A DNA stretch of 64,000 bases from Tolypothrix carrinoi HA7290-LM1. GTDB lineage: Bacteria; Cyanobacteriota; Cyanobacteriia; Cyanobacteriales; Nostocaceae. Shown here piece by piece: positions 24,419 to 35,167 of the stretch. The stretch spans positions 37,028 to 101,027 of the forward strand of contig JAHHIK010000015.1 of the NCBI GenBank assembly GCA_019358935.1. Direction: 5' to 3'. Position numbers and translations under genes: made by a program. The notes beneath the pieces are model-generated. The model ran no database searches, was not told the origin of the DNA, and was given only the letters and a program-made list of their open reading frames with translations. How positions within the stretch are numbered: the stretch's first letter is position 1; each line of letters opens with the position of its first letter.

Positions 24419-24492
24419 TTCACTGGTTGTGGCAAAATCAAGCGCGGATGATTTATGAGGTATAAGTTCACAATTGGAGTCCAAGGATTTGT

Positions 24493-26727
24493 ATGCCTTC
24501 ACATGCCGAATCGTCTTTGGAGGCTGGTTTAGTTGCCCTCAAACAAGGGGATTATAAAAATGCGATCGCTCAACTTGAACCGATTGCTAGCAATACCGAT
24601 CAAAGAAAAGTTGCTGTATTGCAAGCTAAAGTAGGGTTGGTGATGGCTTATGCACGCAGCGGCGATAACTCGAAAGCGATCGCCCTGTGTCAAACTCTTA
24701 CAGAGATTAACAATCCTCAAGTTAAGCAGTGGGCAGACCGCGCCCTCAAAGAATTGACAAAACCGAAAAAATCTGATAAAGAATCAAAAAAATCCGAAAC
24801 TGGATTTGTCCCCATTAAAAATTCCGGCGATAATTATCGCCCAGAACCTCCTCCAATCAATCCCTTAAATTCGTCGGTAACACAAGTAGTAGTCAAAATT
24901 AATAATCCCAGCAACGAATCAGATAACTTTTTACCACCAGCTAATCGACTCGCCAAAAATACACAAATGTATTGGCGACACGCTGGACGCGCAAAGGTAT
25001 GGCAACCCAGGCACAAGTCAAATTTACTACCTTTACGGCTGCTGACAGCAGGTACATTCGTCGCTCTCTTTTGGGTGATGCGGGCAATTCTCAAGCTGCT
25101 GATGAATTGGAGCAATAATATTTTATACAATATCCGCTTGCAGCCATTGCAGCTTTTTTATCGAGATCCAACTCAATTTCTGCTGATAGTCTTGGGAATT
25201 CTGATTTTAGCATCGCCTTGGTTGTTAGATTGGCTGCTGACTAACTTTTATGGTCGGCGACAGTTGCCCAAAGAAACCTTAAATATTCACAGTCGCGAAG
25301 CGGTGCGACTGCTGCAACGTTACTGTCAACAGCGACGCTGGCGATCGCCCAAATTAAGTATTTTACCGATCGCTGCACCAATTGCCCTGAGTTACGGTCA
25401 TTTACCCCGCACTGCTCGAATTGTAGTTAGTCAAGGGTTATTAGAGCAACTAGCAGATGATGAAATCGCCACAATCTATGCCAGTCAGTTGGCGCATATT
25501 GCCCACGGTGATTGTCTGGTGATGTCTTTGGTGTTGCTGGTGACGCTGCCGATTTATCGAGTATATCAACAAGTTTCCCAGTGGACTGACAATATACCAA
25601 ATAAAATTTTGCATCTACCGGGAGTAGTAATATCTAGTCTGGCTTATGGCGTTTGGTGTTTGCTGACTGGCACGGCTTTATGGTTATCTAAGTTGCGGCT
25701 TTATTATAGCGATCGCCTAGCTGCCGAAATCACCGGTAATCCAAATGCTTTAGTTCGCGCTTTCCTAAAAATTTCTATTGGCATTGCAACAGATATCGAA
25801 AAACAAGAACACACTTCTTGGCAAATCGAAAGTCTGAATATCTTAGCACCAGTCAGTTACCAACAGAGTGTTTGTTTAGGTAGTATTGCTGGTCAAATTC
25901 CTTTTGAATCATTTTTAATGTGGGATAGTCTCAATCCTTATCGGCGATGGTTTACAATTAACAATAGTCACCCAATAATTGGCGATCGCATCCAACGCCT
26001 TTGTGAAATAGCTCGCCATTGGCATTTAGACCTAGAACTATATCTCACCAATCAACAACCCTTAAAAATCAAGCGTCATTCTTTTATTTTACAAATCGCG
26101 CCTTTTTTAGGAATTCCTTTCGGTTTGATGTTTGCTGGTCTTTTATGCCTAATCTGGCAAATAGCATTCGCATTCAAGTTGTTGAATTTGAAGTGGATAT
26201 ACGACGATTGGTCATTCGTTACAGGTTGTGTACTTATTGGCATTAGCATCGGTACTGTCATGCGGATTCTTTATTTCTTTCCCGATGCAGATATGAAACC
26301 TTCGATACTGCAAAGTTTTCTACCTGATGCTAGCACCACCGTACACGCTGGCGATCGCCTGCCCAATTTGTTAGCTAACCCATCAGCCTTGCCTATCGAC
26401 AGTATCAGAGTGCGTCTTGTTGGTAAGTTATTAGGTCGTAAAGGCACTAGCAACTCTTTAGAACAAGACTTAATTTTACAAACTAACACTGGTTTAGTGA
26501 AATTACATCATATTTCTGGGCTGTTGCAGTTAGTCAATCCCCAAGACTGGATTGGTCGGCAAATTACTGTTACAGGTTGGTTTCGTCGAGGTGCGACTCC
26601 TTGGATCGACATCCAAACGTTACAAACTCAAAACGGTCAAACTATTAATAGTTTTCATCTTCTTTGGTCTATGGTTTTGGCAGTTGCAACACTAGCTTGG
26701 GGTGGGTACATCCTTTTAAAGGGGTAG
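24493..26727 (+). CDS. TPR plus M48/HtpX-like membrane protein with degenerate active site
   Basis: N-terminal TPR-like helices; IVVSQGLLEQLADDEI, SDRLAAEITGNP and SHP...RI are M48 motifs. Confidence 0.85.
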   Translation: MPSHAESSLEAGLVALKQGDYKNAIAQLEPIASNTDQRKVAVLQAKVGLVMAYARSGDNSKAIALCQTLTEINNPQVKQWADRALKELTKPKKSDKESKKSETGFVPIKNSGDNYRPEPPPINPLNSSVTQVVVKINNPSNESDNFLPPANRLAKNTQMYWRHAGRAKVWQPRHKSNLLPLRLLTAGTFVALFWVMRAILKLLMNWSNNILYNIRLQPLQLFYRDPTQFLLIVLGILILASPWLLDWLLTNFYGRRQLPKETLNIHSREAVRLLQRYCQQRRWRSPKLSILPIAAPIALSYGHLPRTARIVVSQGLLEQLADDEIATIYASQLAHIAHGDCLVMSLVLLVTLPIYRVYQQVSQWTDNIPNKILHLPGVVISSLAYGVWCLLTGTALWLSKLRLYYSDRLAAEITGNPNALVRAFLKISIGIATDIEKQEHTSWQIESLNILAPVSYQQSVCLGSIAGQIPFESFLMWDSLNPYRRWFTINNSHPIIGDRIQRLCEIARHWHLDLELYLTNQQPLKIKRHSFILQIAPFLGIPFGLMFAGLLCLIWQIAFAFKLLNLKWIYDDWSFVTGCVLIGISIGTVMRILYFFPDADMKPSILQSFLPDASTTVHAGDRLPNLLANPSALPIDSIRVRLVGKLLGRKGTSNSLEQDLILQTNTGLVKLHHISGLLQLVNPQDWIGRQITVTGWFRRGATPWIDIQTLQTQNGQTINSFHLLWSMVLAVATLAWGGYILLKG

Positions 26728-26744
26728 TTGTTATTAGTTAGGGG

Positions 26745-26902
26745 ATAGTTGATAGTTGATGGTTGTTGGTTGATAGTTGATAGTTGTTGGTTGAGGGTTA
26801 ACAGTCAAAAGTCAATAGTTATCGACGCTCCCACCATCGACTATCCACCATCGACGCTCCCACCATCGACGCTCCCACCATCGACGCTCCCACCATCGAC
26901 GC
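26745..26902. repeat. STRR (GTTGATA) and (CCACCATCGACGCTC)n
   Basis: Tandem 7- and 15-bp units. Confidence 0.85.
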
Positions 26903-27469
26903 TTTATTTTCCTAAATGTTACATTTCTTAACACAATTAGCAACTGACATAACTGAGTTTTGTAACTTAGTGATTTGTTTTGTTTGCTTGAGCGAAGCTA
27001 TCAACTCATCTTTTTTATTCGGTGACAACATAGCAGCAAATCAACCAGCCAATATTCGTGGTTTTTGTTTCTCAGACACCAAATTTGTCAGATAATTAGG
27101 TGTTTTATGCTACGATGCAATCATGCTACTGTCGGAAATGTTAGCGTGGAACTGGCTACGTAGAAAATACCGTGGTAATGTAAAGAATGGCGTTTGGTTA
27201 TCCCGAACAAGGGCATAGAAAAAGTTTTTTGTGGCAGGCGTTTTTACTGTTAAATTTACAAATCTTAGAATTAAGGTGTAAAAGAGCGTTGTCGCGCTTG
27301 ACTATTAAACAATTTGATCCTGACGAAAAACTGTATTGTATAGGTTGACAGTTTAGAGTAAAAAATTGGTTTATGGCAGTTTTGATCAAAAGCATCTATA
27401 TAAAAGCCAAAACCAAGGGATTGTTTTCTTGCCCAATCGATAGTTCATTTAACTCCGGAGGTATAGTTC

Positions 27470-27991
27470 ATGTCCGTTCGCCTATACATAGGTAATTTGC
27501 CGAAAGAAGAAATAGACCGTCAAGAACTGCAAGCAGTTTTTGCTGAAGAAGGTGAGGCTGTCACCACTAAATTAATCAAAGACCGGAAAACAGGCAAATG
27601 CCGTGGCTTCGGTTTTCTGACAGTAAACGACGACGAACACGCAGACCAAATTATTGAAAAATATAATGGTCGCACGTTCAAAGACACTGCGATTAAGTTA
27701 GAGAAGGCATTACCTCGCACTAAAGGTGAGGAAAATGAAGACCAGCAGCAGCCACAGCAAGCAGTTCCCAAACCAGTTACTACTAGCAACGCTGGAAACC
27801 CTGTTCCTAACACCGGCGAAAAAAGCAGCCGTCGCGATAAAAGCTCTAAAAAGCCTCGTCGCGGTGGTGGTGGTTCTCGCGAAACCAGCAGCAGCAACAC
27901 CAATGACTCTGATGCGGTTCGTCCAGATCCGCGTTGGGCATCTGAGCTAGAAAAGCTCAAGGAAATGCTAGCTGCACAAGCGACAAATTAA
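27470..27991 (+). CDS. RRM RNA-binding protein with long C-terminal extension
   Basis: RNP2 LYIGNL, RNP1 RGFGFL, C-terminal PDPRWA. Confidence 0.92.
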   Translation: MSVRLYIGNLPKEEIDRQELQAVFAEEGEAVTTKLIKDRKTGKCRGFGFLTVNDDEHADQIIEKYNGRTFKDTAIKLEKALPRTKGEENEDQQQPQQAVPKPVTTSNAGNPVPNTGEKSSRRDKSSKKPRRGGGGSRETSSSNTNDSDAVRPDPRWASELEKLKEMLAAQATN

Positions 27992-28005
27992 TTCATGTCG
28001 CAGAT

Positions 28006-28053
28006 AAATTAAAAATTAAAAATCAATTTAAATTGATTTTTAATTTTTAATTG
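28006..28053. terminator. AT-rich palindrome between convergent genes
   Basis: AATTAAAAATTAAAAATCAATTTAAATTGATTTTTAATTTTTAATT. Confidence 0.6.
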
Positions 28054-28069
28054 TCAATTATTGTTTAAC

Positions 28070-28465
28070 TTAGCTAAGGGGTAGTTGCAGCGATTGTTGT
28101 AAATGCGATCGCAACTGTTGGGCAAACTGCTCTCTTATGCTAAAATTATCTGTGCGAATTGGCTTGCGTTGTGCATCTAACATCCAGCCATAATCGCTAG
28201 CCAGACGTAGCTTGTCTTGGTAGTCAGAAATTGAGACAATCAGCTCAGGTGAAGGACTGTTGTCTACGCCTAGGACGCGAAATACATAATTAAAAGTATT
28301 CTGTTTGCCAGATGCAACGGTCGAGGGTTGACCGTATTTAGCCAAGAGATGCTTACGCACAAGCGCGACTAAACCAGGTTTTTCTAAATCATCCAGAGTC
28401 CGAACCGCCAGAGTAAGGGCGAAGTAAAACTCTTCAACAGGAATAAATTCTAATTGCATAGGCAT
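28070..28465 (-). CDS. Hypothetical protein
   Basis: 131-aa ORF with ordinary composition. Confidence 0.7.
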   Translation of the reverse strand: MPMQLEFIPVEEFYFALTLAVRTLDDLEKPGLVALVRKHLLAKYGQPSTVASGKQNTFNYVFRVLGVDNSPSPELIVSISDYQDKLRLASDYGWMLDAQRKPIRTDNFSIREQFAQQLRSHLQQSLQLPLS

Positions 28466-29278
28466 ATTTTACCGCTTCATGTTGCCATAAAGCGCGGCGA
28501 TCAAGTGAAAACACCAAAATCGATGAGGTTTTCGTTCTTACTTCTTGCACTCTTGTCTAATGTGGTTAGTAACGCTGTTTCTGCCAGCATAGCTTTATAA
28601 CAATTAGATATTTTTGTATATATAAATACATTTTGTTATCTAGAGATAGATTTTTTAAATGGTTGCCCTAGGTGAGTTCTCAACATTAATTTATCTTCGG
28701 TGATATCAACTATTACTACCTCAGGTAGAATTGATTATTCTTTTTTAGAATGTATCATAGAGAACAAACTTCTTGCAGGTAGCAATATAGTATATTTTCA
28801 AACTTTAACTTCAACCACTTGCTTGTCCGCAAAAAATTGTAGTAAGGGCATTGTTTGCATTATAGGAATATAAATTAGCCCTTAACTAACACTTTTTTCA
28901 AAAGATAACTAAGTGAAAATTGCTGTTTTTTAAGTATTAAGACATATAAGTAGCGGGCATCTTTTCATTTGGAAAAAATGTCTACAAACGTATGAATTAG
29001 CAATTAAAAGATAAGTTAATTTGCGTAAGTTGCCTGAAGTGATTAAGATTAGTTTATGAATGTTCTTAGATAAAAATATTGCAACTTACATATAAAAAAA
29101 TTAAATATAAATACGTAGCCAAAAAGAATATTTCTACTAGTAGATGTGTAAAAATATGTGACAGATTAAATTAAGATAACAACACGTAAAGTTTATTGAC
29201 GAACTGCGAAGTAAGAGCTAGGCGCAAGCTTGGAACTACCTAAAACCTTTCTTAAATCAGCAACACAACACACAAATC

Positions 29279-30706
29279 ATGAACTCTACTACTCAACGAC
29301 GCATCGCCTTAATTTCAGTCCACGGAGACCCTGCGATTGAAATTGGAAAAGAAGAAGCTGGAGGACAAAATGTTTACGTGCGGAATGTGGGTGAAGCACT
29401 GGGTCAGCTAGGATGGCAAGTTGATATGTTTACCCGCAAAGTAAGTCCGAAGCAAGAGACGATTGTCCAACATAGCGAAAATTGTCGAACAATTCGCTTA
29501 CAAGCAGGTGAACTTGAGTTTGTACCGCGTGATGATCTTTTTGAATATTTGCCAGAATTTATAGATAATTTTCTTCAGTTCCAAGCAGAAAATGGCTTTA
29601 CATATTCCTTAATTCACACAAACTACTGGCTGTCTAGCTGGGTAGGAATGCAGTTGAAAAAAATTCAAGGAAGTAAGCAAGTTCATACCTACCACTCCTT
29701 GGGAGCAGTTAAATACAACACGATAGAAAATATTCCTCTGATTGCTAGTCAGCGGTTAATAGTAGAAAAACAAGTATTGGAAACAGCCGAAACAATTGTA
29801 GCGACGAGTCCGCAAGAAAAAGAACACATGCGCGAATTCGTTTCTTTGGAAGGTAATATCGATATTATTCCCTGCGGTACAGACATTCGTCAATTTGGTT
29901 GCATTGATAGAGAAGCAGCTAGAGCTAAGTTGGGAATAGATAGCGACGCTAAAGTTGTAATGTATGTGGGACGTTTTGACCCCCGCAAAGGTATAGAAAC
30001 CTTAGTGCGTGCAGTCGCACAGTCAAAGTTGAAAGGACAGGAAAACTTGCAGCTAATTATCGGTGGTGGTAGTCGTCCCGGTCAAAGCGACGGTATAGAA
30101 CGCGATCGCATTGAAAGCATTGTCAAAGAATTGGGAATAAGCGATATTACCACTTTCCCCGGTCGCCTCAGTCAAGAAATTCTGCCAACTTACTACGCAG
30201 CTGCTGATGTTTCTGTAGTTCCCAGTCACTACGAACCGTTTGGACTGGTAGCGATTGAAGCGATGGCTTGTAGTACACCAGTAGTAGCAAGTGATGTCGG
30301 TGGATTGCAATATACAGTCGTCCCCGAAGAAACTGGTTTATTAGCACCACCACAAGACGTAGATGCTTTTGCAGCTGCAATTGACCGAATTCTACTCAAT
30401 CCAGAATGGGCACGAAAATTAGGCAAAGGTGGTAGAAAGCGCGTTGAAAGCAAGTTTAGTTGGGATGGTGTGGCAACTCAGTTAAGTGAACTTTACACCG
30501 AATTGCAACCACAACCAGTAGCGGCAACAGCAAAAGACCTAGTGCTGTCAACAGCCGAATTAGTGCAGTCAACAGCAAAAGAACTAGTGCAGTCAACAGC
30601 CGAATTAGTGCAGTCAAAAGCAAAACAACCAGTTAAAGAATTAGTGCAGTCAACAGCTGAATTAGTGCAGTCAAAAGCAAAAAAACCAGTTTTGGTTGCT
30701 AAATAA
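29279..30706 (+). CDS. GT4 glycosyltransferase, sucrose-phosphate synthase-like
   Basis: GKEEAGGQNVYV, HTNYWLS, HSLG, EPFGLVAIEAMAC motifs. Confidence 0.9.
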   Translation: MNSTTQRRIALISVHGDPAIEIGKEEAGGQNVYVRNVGEALGQLGWQVDMFTRKVSPKQETIVQHSENCRTIRLQAGELEFVPRDDLFEYLPEFIDNFLQFQAENGFTYSLIHTNYWLSSWVGMQLKKIQGSKQVHTYHSLGAVKYNTIENIPLIASQRLIVEKQVLETAETIVATSPQEKEHMREFVSLEGNIDIIPCGTDIRQFGCIDREAARAKLGIDSDAKVVMYVGRFDPRKGIETLVRAVAQSKLKGQENLQLIIGGGSRPGQSDGIERDRIESIVKELGISDITTFPGRLSQEILPTYYAAADVSVVPSHYEPFGLVAIEAMACSTPVVASDVGGLQYTVVPEETGLLAPPQDVDAFAAAIDRILLNPEWARKLGKGGRKRVESKFSWDGVATQLSELYTELQPQPVAATAKDLVLSTAELVQSTAKELVQSTAELVQSKAKQPVKELVQSTAELVQSKAKKPVLVAK

Positions 30707-31172
30707 TTCTCTTAGGCAACAGATAATGGTGAGTGGGGAACTCGGAACTAAGCAATGATTTTCCCTTCCTAGTCCTCAGTCACCATTACCCAATCATCTA
30801 TTCTAAATAGTTCAAAGCGGGTGAGTAATTTCCACGATTCGTTTAATTAGAGGAAATTACTCACCTGCTTTATTTATATATAAGGTAGTAACGGCTGAAG
30901 CTGTTAAAACTGAAGTTATGAGGGCTGAAGCCCTCACTACGAAAGAAGTATTAAAAATCAATCAGTTATCAGTATTTTTCCCTTGCAAATAAAAAGAGTT
31001 TATCTACGATTGAAATTTTCGTAAAATCAAATACTTTTTGTAGCGAATCTTGATGCCTGGGGTTTAACTTGTAATAACAGACAAAGAGACTAACTTCGGC
31101 ATGAAAATTAATAGGTGCATTTTCCAAAGTTATCAGAATCCGCAAATAGCAAATAAAAAATTGAAACTAGAA

Positions 31173-31934
31173 ATGAAAAATATAAAAAAGCCCTTGTTAA
31201 TGCTATCAGCTACAGTTGTAGGGCTATTAATGTTGCCTTCTACTGCTAGCGCTTTTACCCTCAGCCACCTATCCTCAGACCCAGGATATTCTGCCAGTAA
31301 AACAGATAATAAATACAGTGCAGATGAGAAATTTAATGCAATCTTCGATGATGATGCGTTTGTAGCTGAGGGTCGAATTGGTGGTAAAACTACTTATGAA
31401 CTCGACATCCACACGGTAAACACCGATGGTACGTTTAACGTTCCTCAGTCGCGAGAGTTTACATGGGAAAATGGAGTAGCACAAGCTTTCAGCTTAATTT
31501 ATGACAAGATTTCAAAGAAGGTAACTTATAGTGTTGGGCAACAAACGATAACTTATACAGCTAGTAATCCCTTCACAGACTTGTTTATTCGCACCGCAGC
31601 AGTAGTTGCCAACACCAGCACGAAAGTTGATAATCTAAAGCTAAATAATGTGGCGATCGCAGGTTCTTCCTTTGCTGAAAAGACAGGAAATGCTACCGAA
31701 AACGCATATGACTACCTGCGAATTCGTGGTATATCAGATTCTTTCACGCTAACTGGGTTATCAACTTTTGTATGGACTGGTTCCGCACCGACGCAATCCA
31801 AGCTTGCTTATCAAATTAAAGCAGTTACCACTACTGATAGTACTAGCGTTCCCGAACCAAGTGCGACTTTAGGTTTAACTTTGGCAGCGATCGCTTTCGC
31901 TTTGAAAACTAAGCGTCAAAAACAAACTGTATAA
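31173..31934 (+). CDS. PEP-CTERM sorting-signal surface protein
   Basis: Signal peptide; C-terminal VPEP, TM segment and basic tail. Confidence 0.9.
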   Translation: MKNIKKPLLMLSATVVGLLMLPSTASAFTLSHLSSDPGYSASKTDNKYSADEKFNAIFDDDAFVAEGRIGGKTTYELDIHTVNTDGTFNVPQSREFTWENGVAQAFSLIYDKISKKVTYSVGQQTITYTASNPFTDLFIRTAAVVANTSTKVDNLKLNNVAIAGSSFAEKTGNATENAYDYLRIRGISDSFTLTGLSTFVWTGSAPTQSKLAYQIKAVTTTDSTSVPEPSATLGLTLAAIAFALKTKRQKQTV

Positions 31935-31956
31935 AACAAGCAATTTGTCAGAAAAT

Positions 31957-31998
31957 TAACGCAGAAGTCTATCTTATGGTAGATTTCTGCGTTTTTTT
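31957..31998 (+). terminator. Rho-independent terminator
   Basis: AACGCAGAAGTCTA...TAGATTTCTGCGTT followed by T-run. Confidence 0.75.
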
Positions 31999-32116
31999 AT
32001 TGCCAGCTATCACTCCTCCAAGTAACCGCTATGATAGTTGAGGTCTGCTATGCTTTCACTATATAAAGAGAGAAGCATAGCGATCGCTACCATTTGAACG
32101 TTAACAATTAATCCCT

Positions 32117-33841
32117 TTGCAACCAGTTGACTTTACCACTCTCACAGCTGCAAGTAGCGAAATCCGCGCTAACTGGCTACCATCACGGCTAGAGCAAGTT
32201 TATCAGCGCGATCGCTATACTATTGCTGTGGCATTACGCACCCTAAAACAGCGGGGTTGGCTAGAGATTTCTTGGCATCCTCAAGCTGCTCATATTTGTA
32301 TTGGCGATCCGCCACCAAGAAAACCTGATACATTTACATTTAGCCAACAATTAGTACATCAATTGGGTGGTTTAGCGCTGGTAGCAATTGAAGCGATCGC
32401 ACCTTGGGAACGGGTGATTAATTTACAATTTGCTCGTCGTCCAGGTGAAACCGCTTTATATCACCTGTACGCGGAAATTATGGGCAAATACAGCAACGTC
32501 ATCCTCACCGATGCTAATAATGAAATAATCACCGCTGCCCATCAAGTTAGTCAGCAACAATCTACTGTCCGTCCGATTCAAACCGGACAATTTTACGAAA
32601 CTCCACCCAAACTTACTAATACTATCCCCAGTTTGAGCGAATCTCAACAACGCTGGCAAGAACGAGTAAGCTTAGTACCAGGAGCGATCAAGCGTCAGTT
32701 ACTCAAAAGTTATAGCGGTTTGAGTGCAGCACTCCTAGATACTATGTTACAGGCAGCTTCGTTAGATCCAGAAGCAGCAACCGATACCCTACAACCCGAC
32801 GATTGGCAAAGATTATTTCAGCGCTGGCAAGAATGGCTGCAAACTTTGGAGACGCAAAAGTTTCACCCAGCTTGGACAAACAATGGATACACTGTAATGG
32901 GTTGGGGTGGAGTTACACCAGCCAAAGATATCCAAGAATTACTTTACCGCTATTATACAGACGAGTTAAATAAACAGGTATTTTCTCAACTGCGGCATCA
33001 GTTGACCCAGAAGCTAAATAATATTTTGGCAAAATTACGCCTGAAGGCTGATACATTTAAAAAACGCTTGCAACAATCAGAACAAGCGGATGAATATCGC
33101 CAAAAAGCTGATTTGTTGATGGCGCATCTGCAAGAATGGGAACCAGGGATGAAAGAAATTATCCTGGCAGACTTTGAAAATGGTAAACCTGTAGCGATCG
33201 CACTTCAACCTGATAAAAATGCAGTGCAAAATGCCCAAAGCCTTTACAAACAGCATCAAAAACTCAAACGTGTCAAAAGTGCTGTAGAACCGTTGCTGGC
33301 AGAAGTAAATGGTGAAATTGAATATTTAGAACAAGTAGAAATGGCGATCGCGCAAATAGACAAGTACCAAACAGTAGAAGATTTAGAAGCTTTAGACGAA
33401 ATCCGCGACGAACTGATTGGACAAAAGTATCTAGAAGATCCAGAATACCGCAACCGCACTTCTAATGAAACTGCTAGCACTAACTTTCATCGTTACCGCA
33501 CTCCCAGCGGCTTTGAAATCTTAATCGGTCGCAACAACCGCCAAAATGATTATTTAACCTTTCGTGTAGCCGGCGATTATGACTTGTGGTTTCACGCTCA
33601 AGAAATTCCCGGTAGCCATGTTCTACTACGTTTAGAACCCGGTGCTGTACCAGAAGAAGCAGATTTGCAATTTACCGCCAATCTTGCTGTATATTATAGT
33701 CGCGCTCGTCAAACAGATCAAGCGCCTGTAGTGTATACTGAGCCAAAGTATGTTTACAAACCCAAAGGAGCCAAACCAGGAATTGCCATTTACAAACAAG
33801 AGCGCATCCTTTGGGGACAACCGCAATTAGTCAATCGGTAA
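32117..33841 (+). CDS. rqcH: NFACT/RqcH (FbpA) family protein
   Basis: EIMGKYSNVIL, IGRNNRQND, DLWFHAQEIPGSHV, KPKGAKPG motifs. Confidence 0.92.
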   Translation: MQPVDFTTLTAASSEIRANWLPSRLEQVYQRDRYTIAVALRTLKQRGWLEISWHPQAAHICIGDPPPRKPDTFTFSQQLVHQLGGLALVAIEAIAPWERVINLQFARRPGETALYHLYAEIMGKYSNVILTDANNEIITAAHQVSQQQSTVRPIQTGQFYETPPKLTNTIPSLSESQQRWQERVSLVPGAIKRQLLKSYSGLSAALLDTMLQAASLDPEAATDTLQPDDWQRLFQRWQEWLQTLETQKFHPAWTNNGYTVMGWGGVTPAKDIQELLYRYYTDELNKQVFSQLRHQLTQKLNNILAKLRLKADTFKKRLQQSEQADEYRQKADLLMAHLQEWEPGMKEIILADFENGKPVAIALQPDKNAVQNAQSLYKQHQKLKRVKSAVEPLLAEVNGEIEYLEQVEMAIAQIDKYQTVEDLEALDEIRDELIGQKYLEDPEYRNRTSNETASTNFHRYRTPSGFEILIGRNNRQNDYLTFRVAGDYDLWFHAQEIPGSHVLLRLEPGAVPEEADLQFTANLAVYYSRARQTDQAPVVYTEPKYVYKPKGAKPGIAIYKQERILWGQPQLVNR

Positions 33842-33967
33842 TGGGTAATAGGTAATAGGTAATGGGTAATTGGGCATGGGGCATTGGGCATGGGGCATTG
33901 GTAATTTTAACTCCCCCTTGTCCCCCCTGTCCCCTTGTCCCCTTGTCCCCTTGTCCCCCCTGTCCCC
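33838..33967. repeat. STRR arrays (TAATRGG, GGGCAT, CCCCTTGT)
   Basis: Tandem short units. Confidence 0.9.
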
Positions 33968-34049
33968 TATATCCATTGAACTATTCTTAAAGACAGAGGC
34001 TGATCGTTTTTTTTCTTATCTTTTTTTATTAAATCGCAATAAAAAAAGT

Positions 34050-34063
34050 GTGTTGACTGCTAC
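34050..34063 (+). promoter_or_regulatory. NtcA-like box overlapping the sRNA promoter
   Basis: GTG-N8-TAC immediately upstream of a TATTGT -10 candidate. Confidence 0.5.
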
Positions 34064-34077
34064 AATATTGTAAAGAA

Positions 34078-34183
34078 AGATTGCTCGTGAAGTTTTGGGA
34101 ACGCGCAATTGGGATTAACTCTTTTGAGAAGACAACGTTAAAACATTTTCAAGACCGGCTGTGGGAGGCTGGTCTTTTTTTTT
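34078..34183 (+). ncRNA. nsrR1: Probable NsrR1-like small RNA
   Basis: Non-coding unit with CAATTGGGATTAACTCTTTTGAGAAGACAACGT core and GACCGGCT...GGCTGGTC-T9 terminator; identity recalled from memory, not searched. Confidence 0.6.
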
Positions 34184-34244
34184 CAACGACTGCGTTTTGA
34201 AGTTGCTATCTCATGCGCTTTGGAAATTCCGCCTTATTGCAGCT

Positions 34245-34308
34245 TAAACTGAACTGAATTTGGTGCAAATGTACTACATAAGGCTTAAAGCCTTGCTGTA
34301 CAATGAAT
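34245..34308 (+). repeat. Left copy of 64-bp imperfect inverted repeat flanking the R-M island
   Basis: 53/64 identical to the reverse complement of 36500-36563 by hand alignment. Confidence 0.85.
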
Positions 34309-34359
34309 TAATAATTATCTAATGTTCACTTAAAAGAACAAGCCTTTTAAGATGAATAA

Positions 34360-35167
34360 TTAGGGATTTAAAAGTGATTCTAGAATATTATTTATTTCTT
34401 CACTTATAACACTTGAGTTGTTTCTAAAAAAATCCTCAAGCGAGTAATTTAAAATTTTATCGCAAAAGGCATAAGTACTGATTGTTGGGTCGTCATTTAA
34501 AATTCCAACTAAAACTAATAATTGAGCTGTTTGATATCGTTTTAAGACTACGGCATTAATCTGAGAAGATAATACCATCATCACTGGAAGAAGATTCTCA
34601 TTATAAGCTCTAATGGCATTAAGAAGATCTCCATTTTGCCTCTTTTAATCTGCGCTTTTGTATCCTTGACGTATTTCAAATACAGCACCAACTAGATTTT
34701 GTGAACGCTTTTTCTCAAGCCCCAGTTTGATAGATGATAGTCTCAACCATTCGTTTATCGTATCCCGATAATAACTATTTTTTAAATCATCTACAGAAAT
34801 TTTTGCATCGAGTGTTAGTTTGGCAGTTGAACCATCATCTTTTTGAATTTCGTATCCCCAAATTACTTGTTTTTTATTTAGATCTAACTGATCTGAGATA
34901 ATAGTAACGAATAAGCCTTTCACAACCAATGCCTAACTGTCTATAAATAGAAGTTATTCCCCCAGCTGCTTTATGTGCAGCGTACATTAAATCAGAATCA
35001 AATCCTATCCAACGATATAAAGGATCTAAAGCATATAAATTCTTAAATTCTAATAATGTAGTTCCATCTTTATTGGATGTGCCAAACTTAGGTTTATACT
35101 GTGAGCATAGTTTAATAGGCTCTAAAAGTATATCTAAATATCTATTATTGTTATCATTAAATAGCAT
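34360..35167 (-). pseudogene. Type II restriction endonuclease-like gene, disrupted
   Basis: Three fragments: frameshift near 34915 and in-frame TAA at 34645-34647 (FEIRQGYKSAD*KRQNGD); start overlaps the MTase stop. Confidence 0.75.

Noticed and set aside
27520..27960. 146-aa antisense ORF and similar shadow ORFs over tsaD, the GNAT gene, secF, hemB and the integrases
   Set aside because: Opposite strand or alternative frame of well-supported genes, with no motifs of their own
34360..35167. Naming the restriction enzyme or its specificity
   Set aside because: Cannot be assigned reliably without a REBASE search
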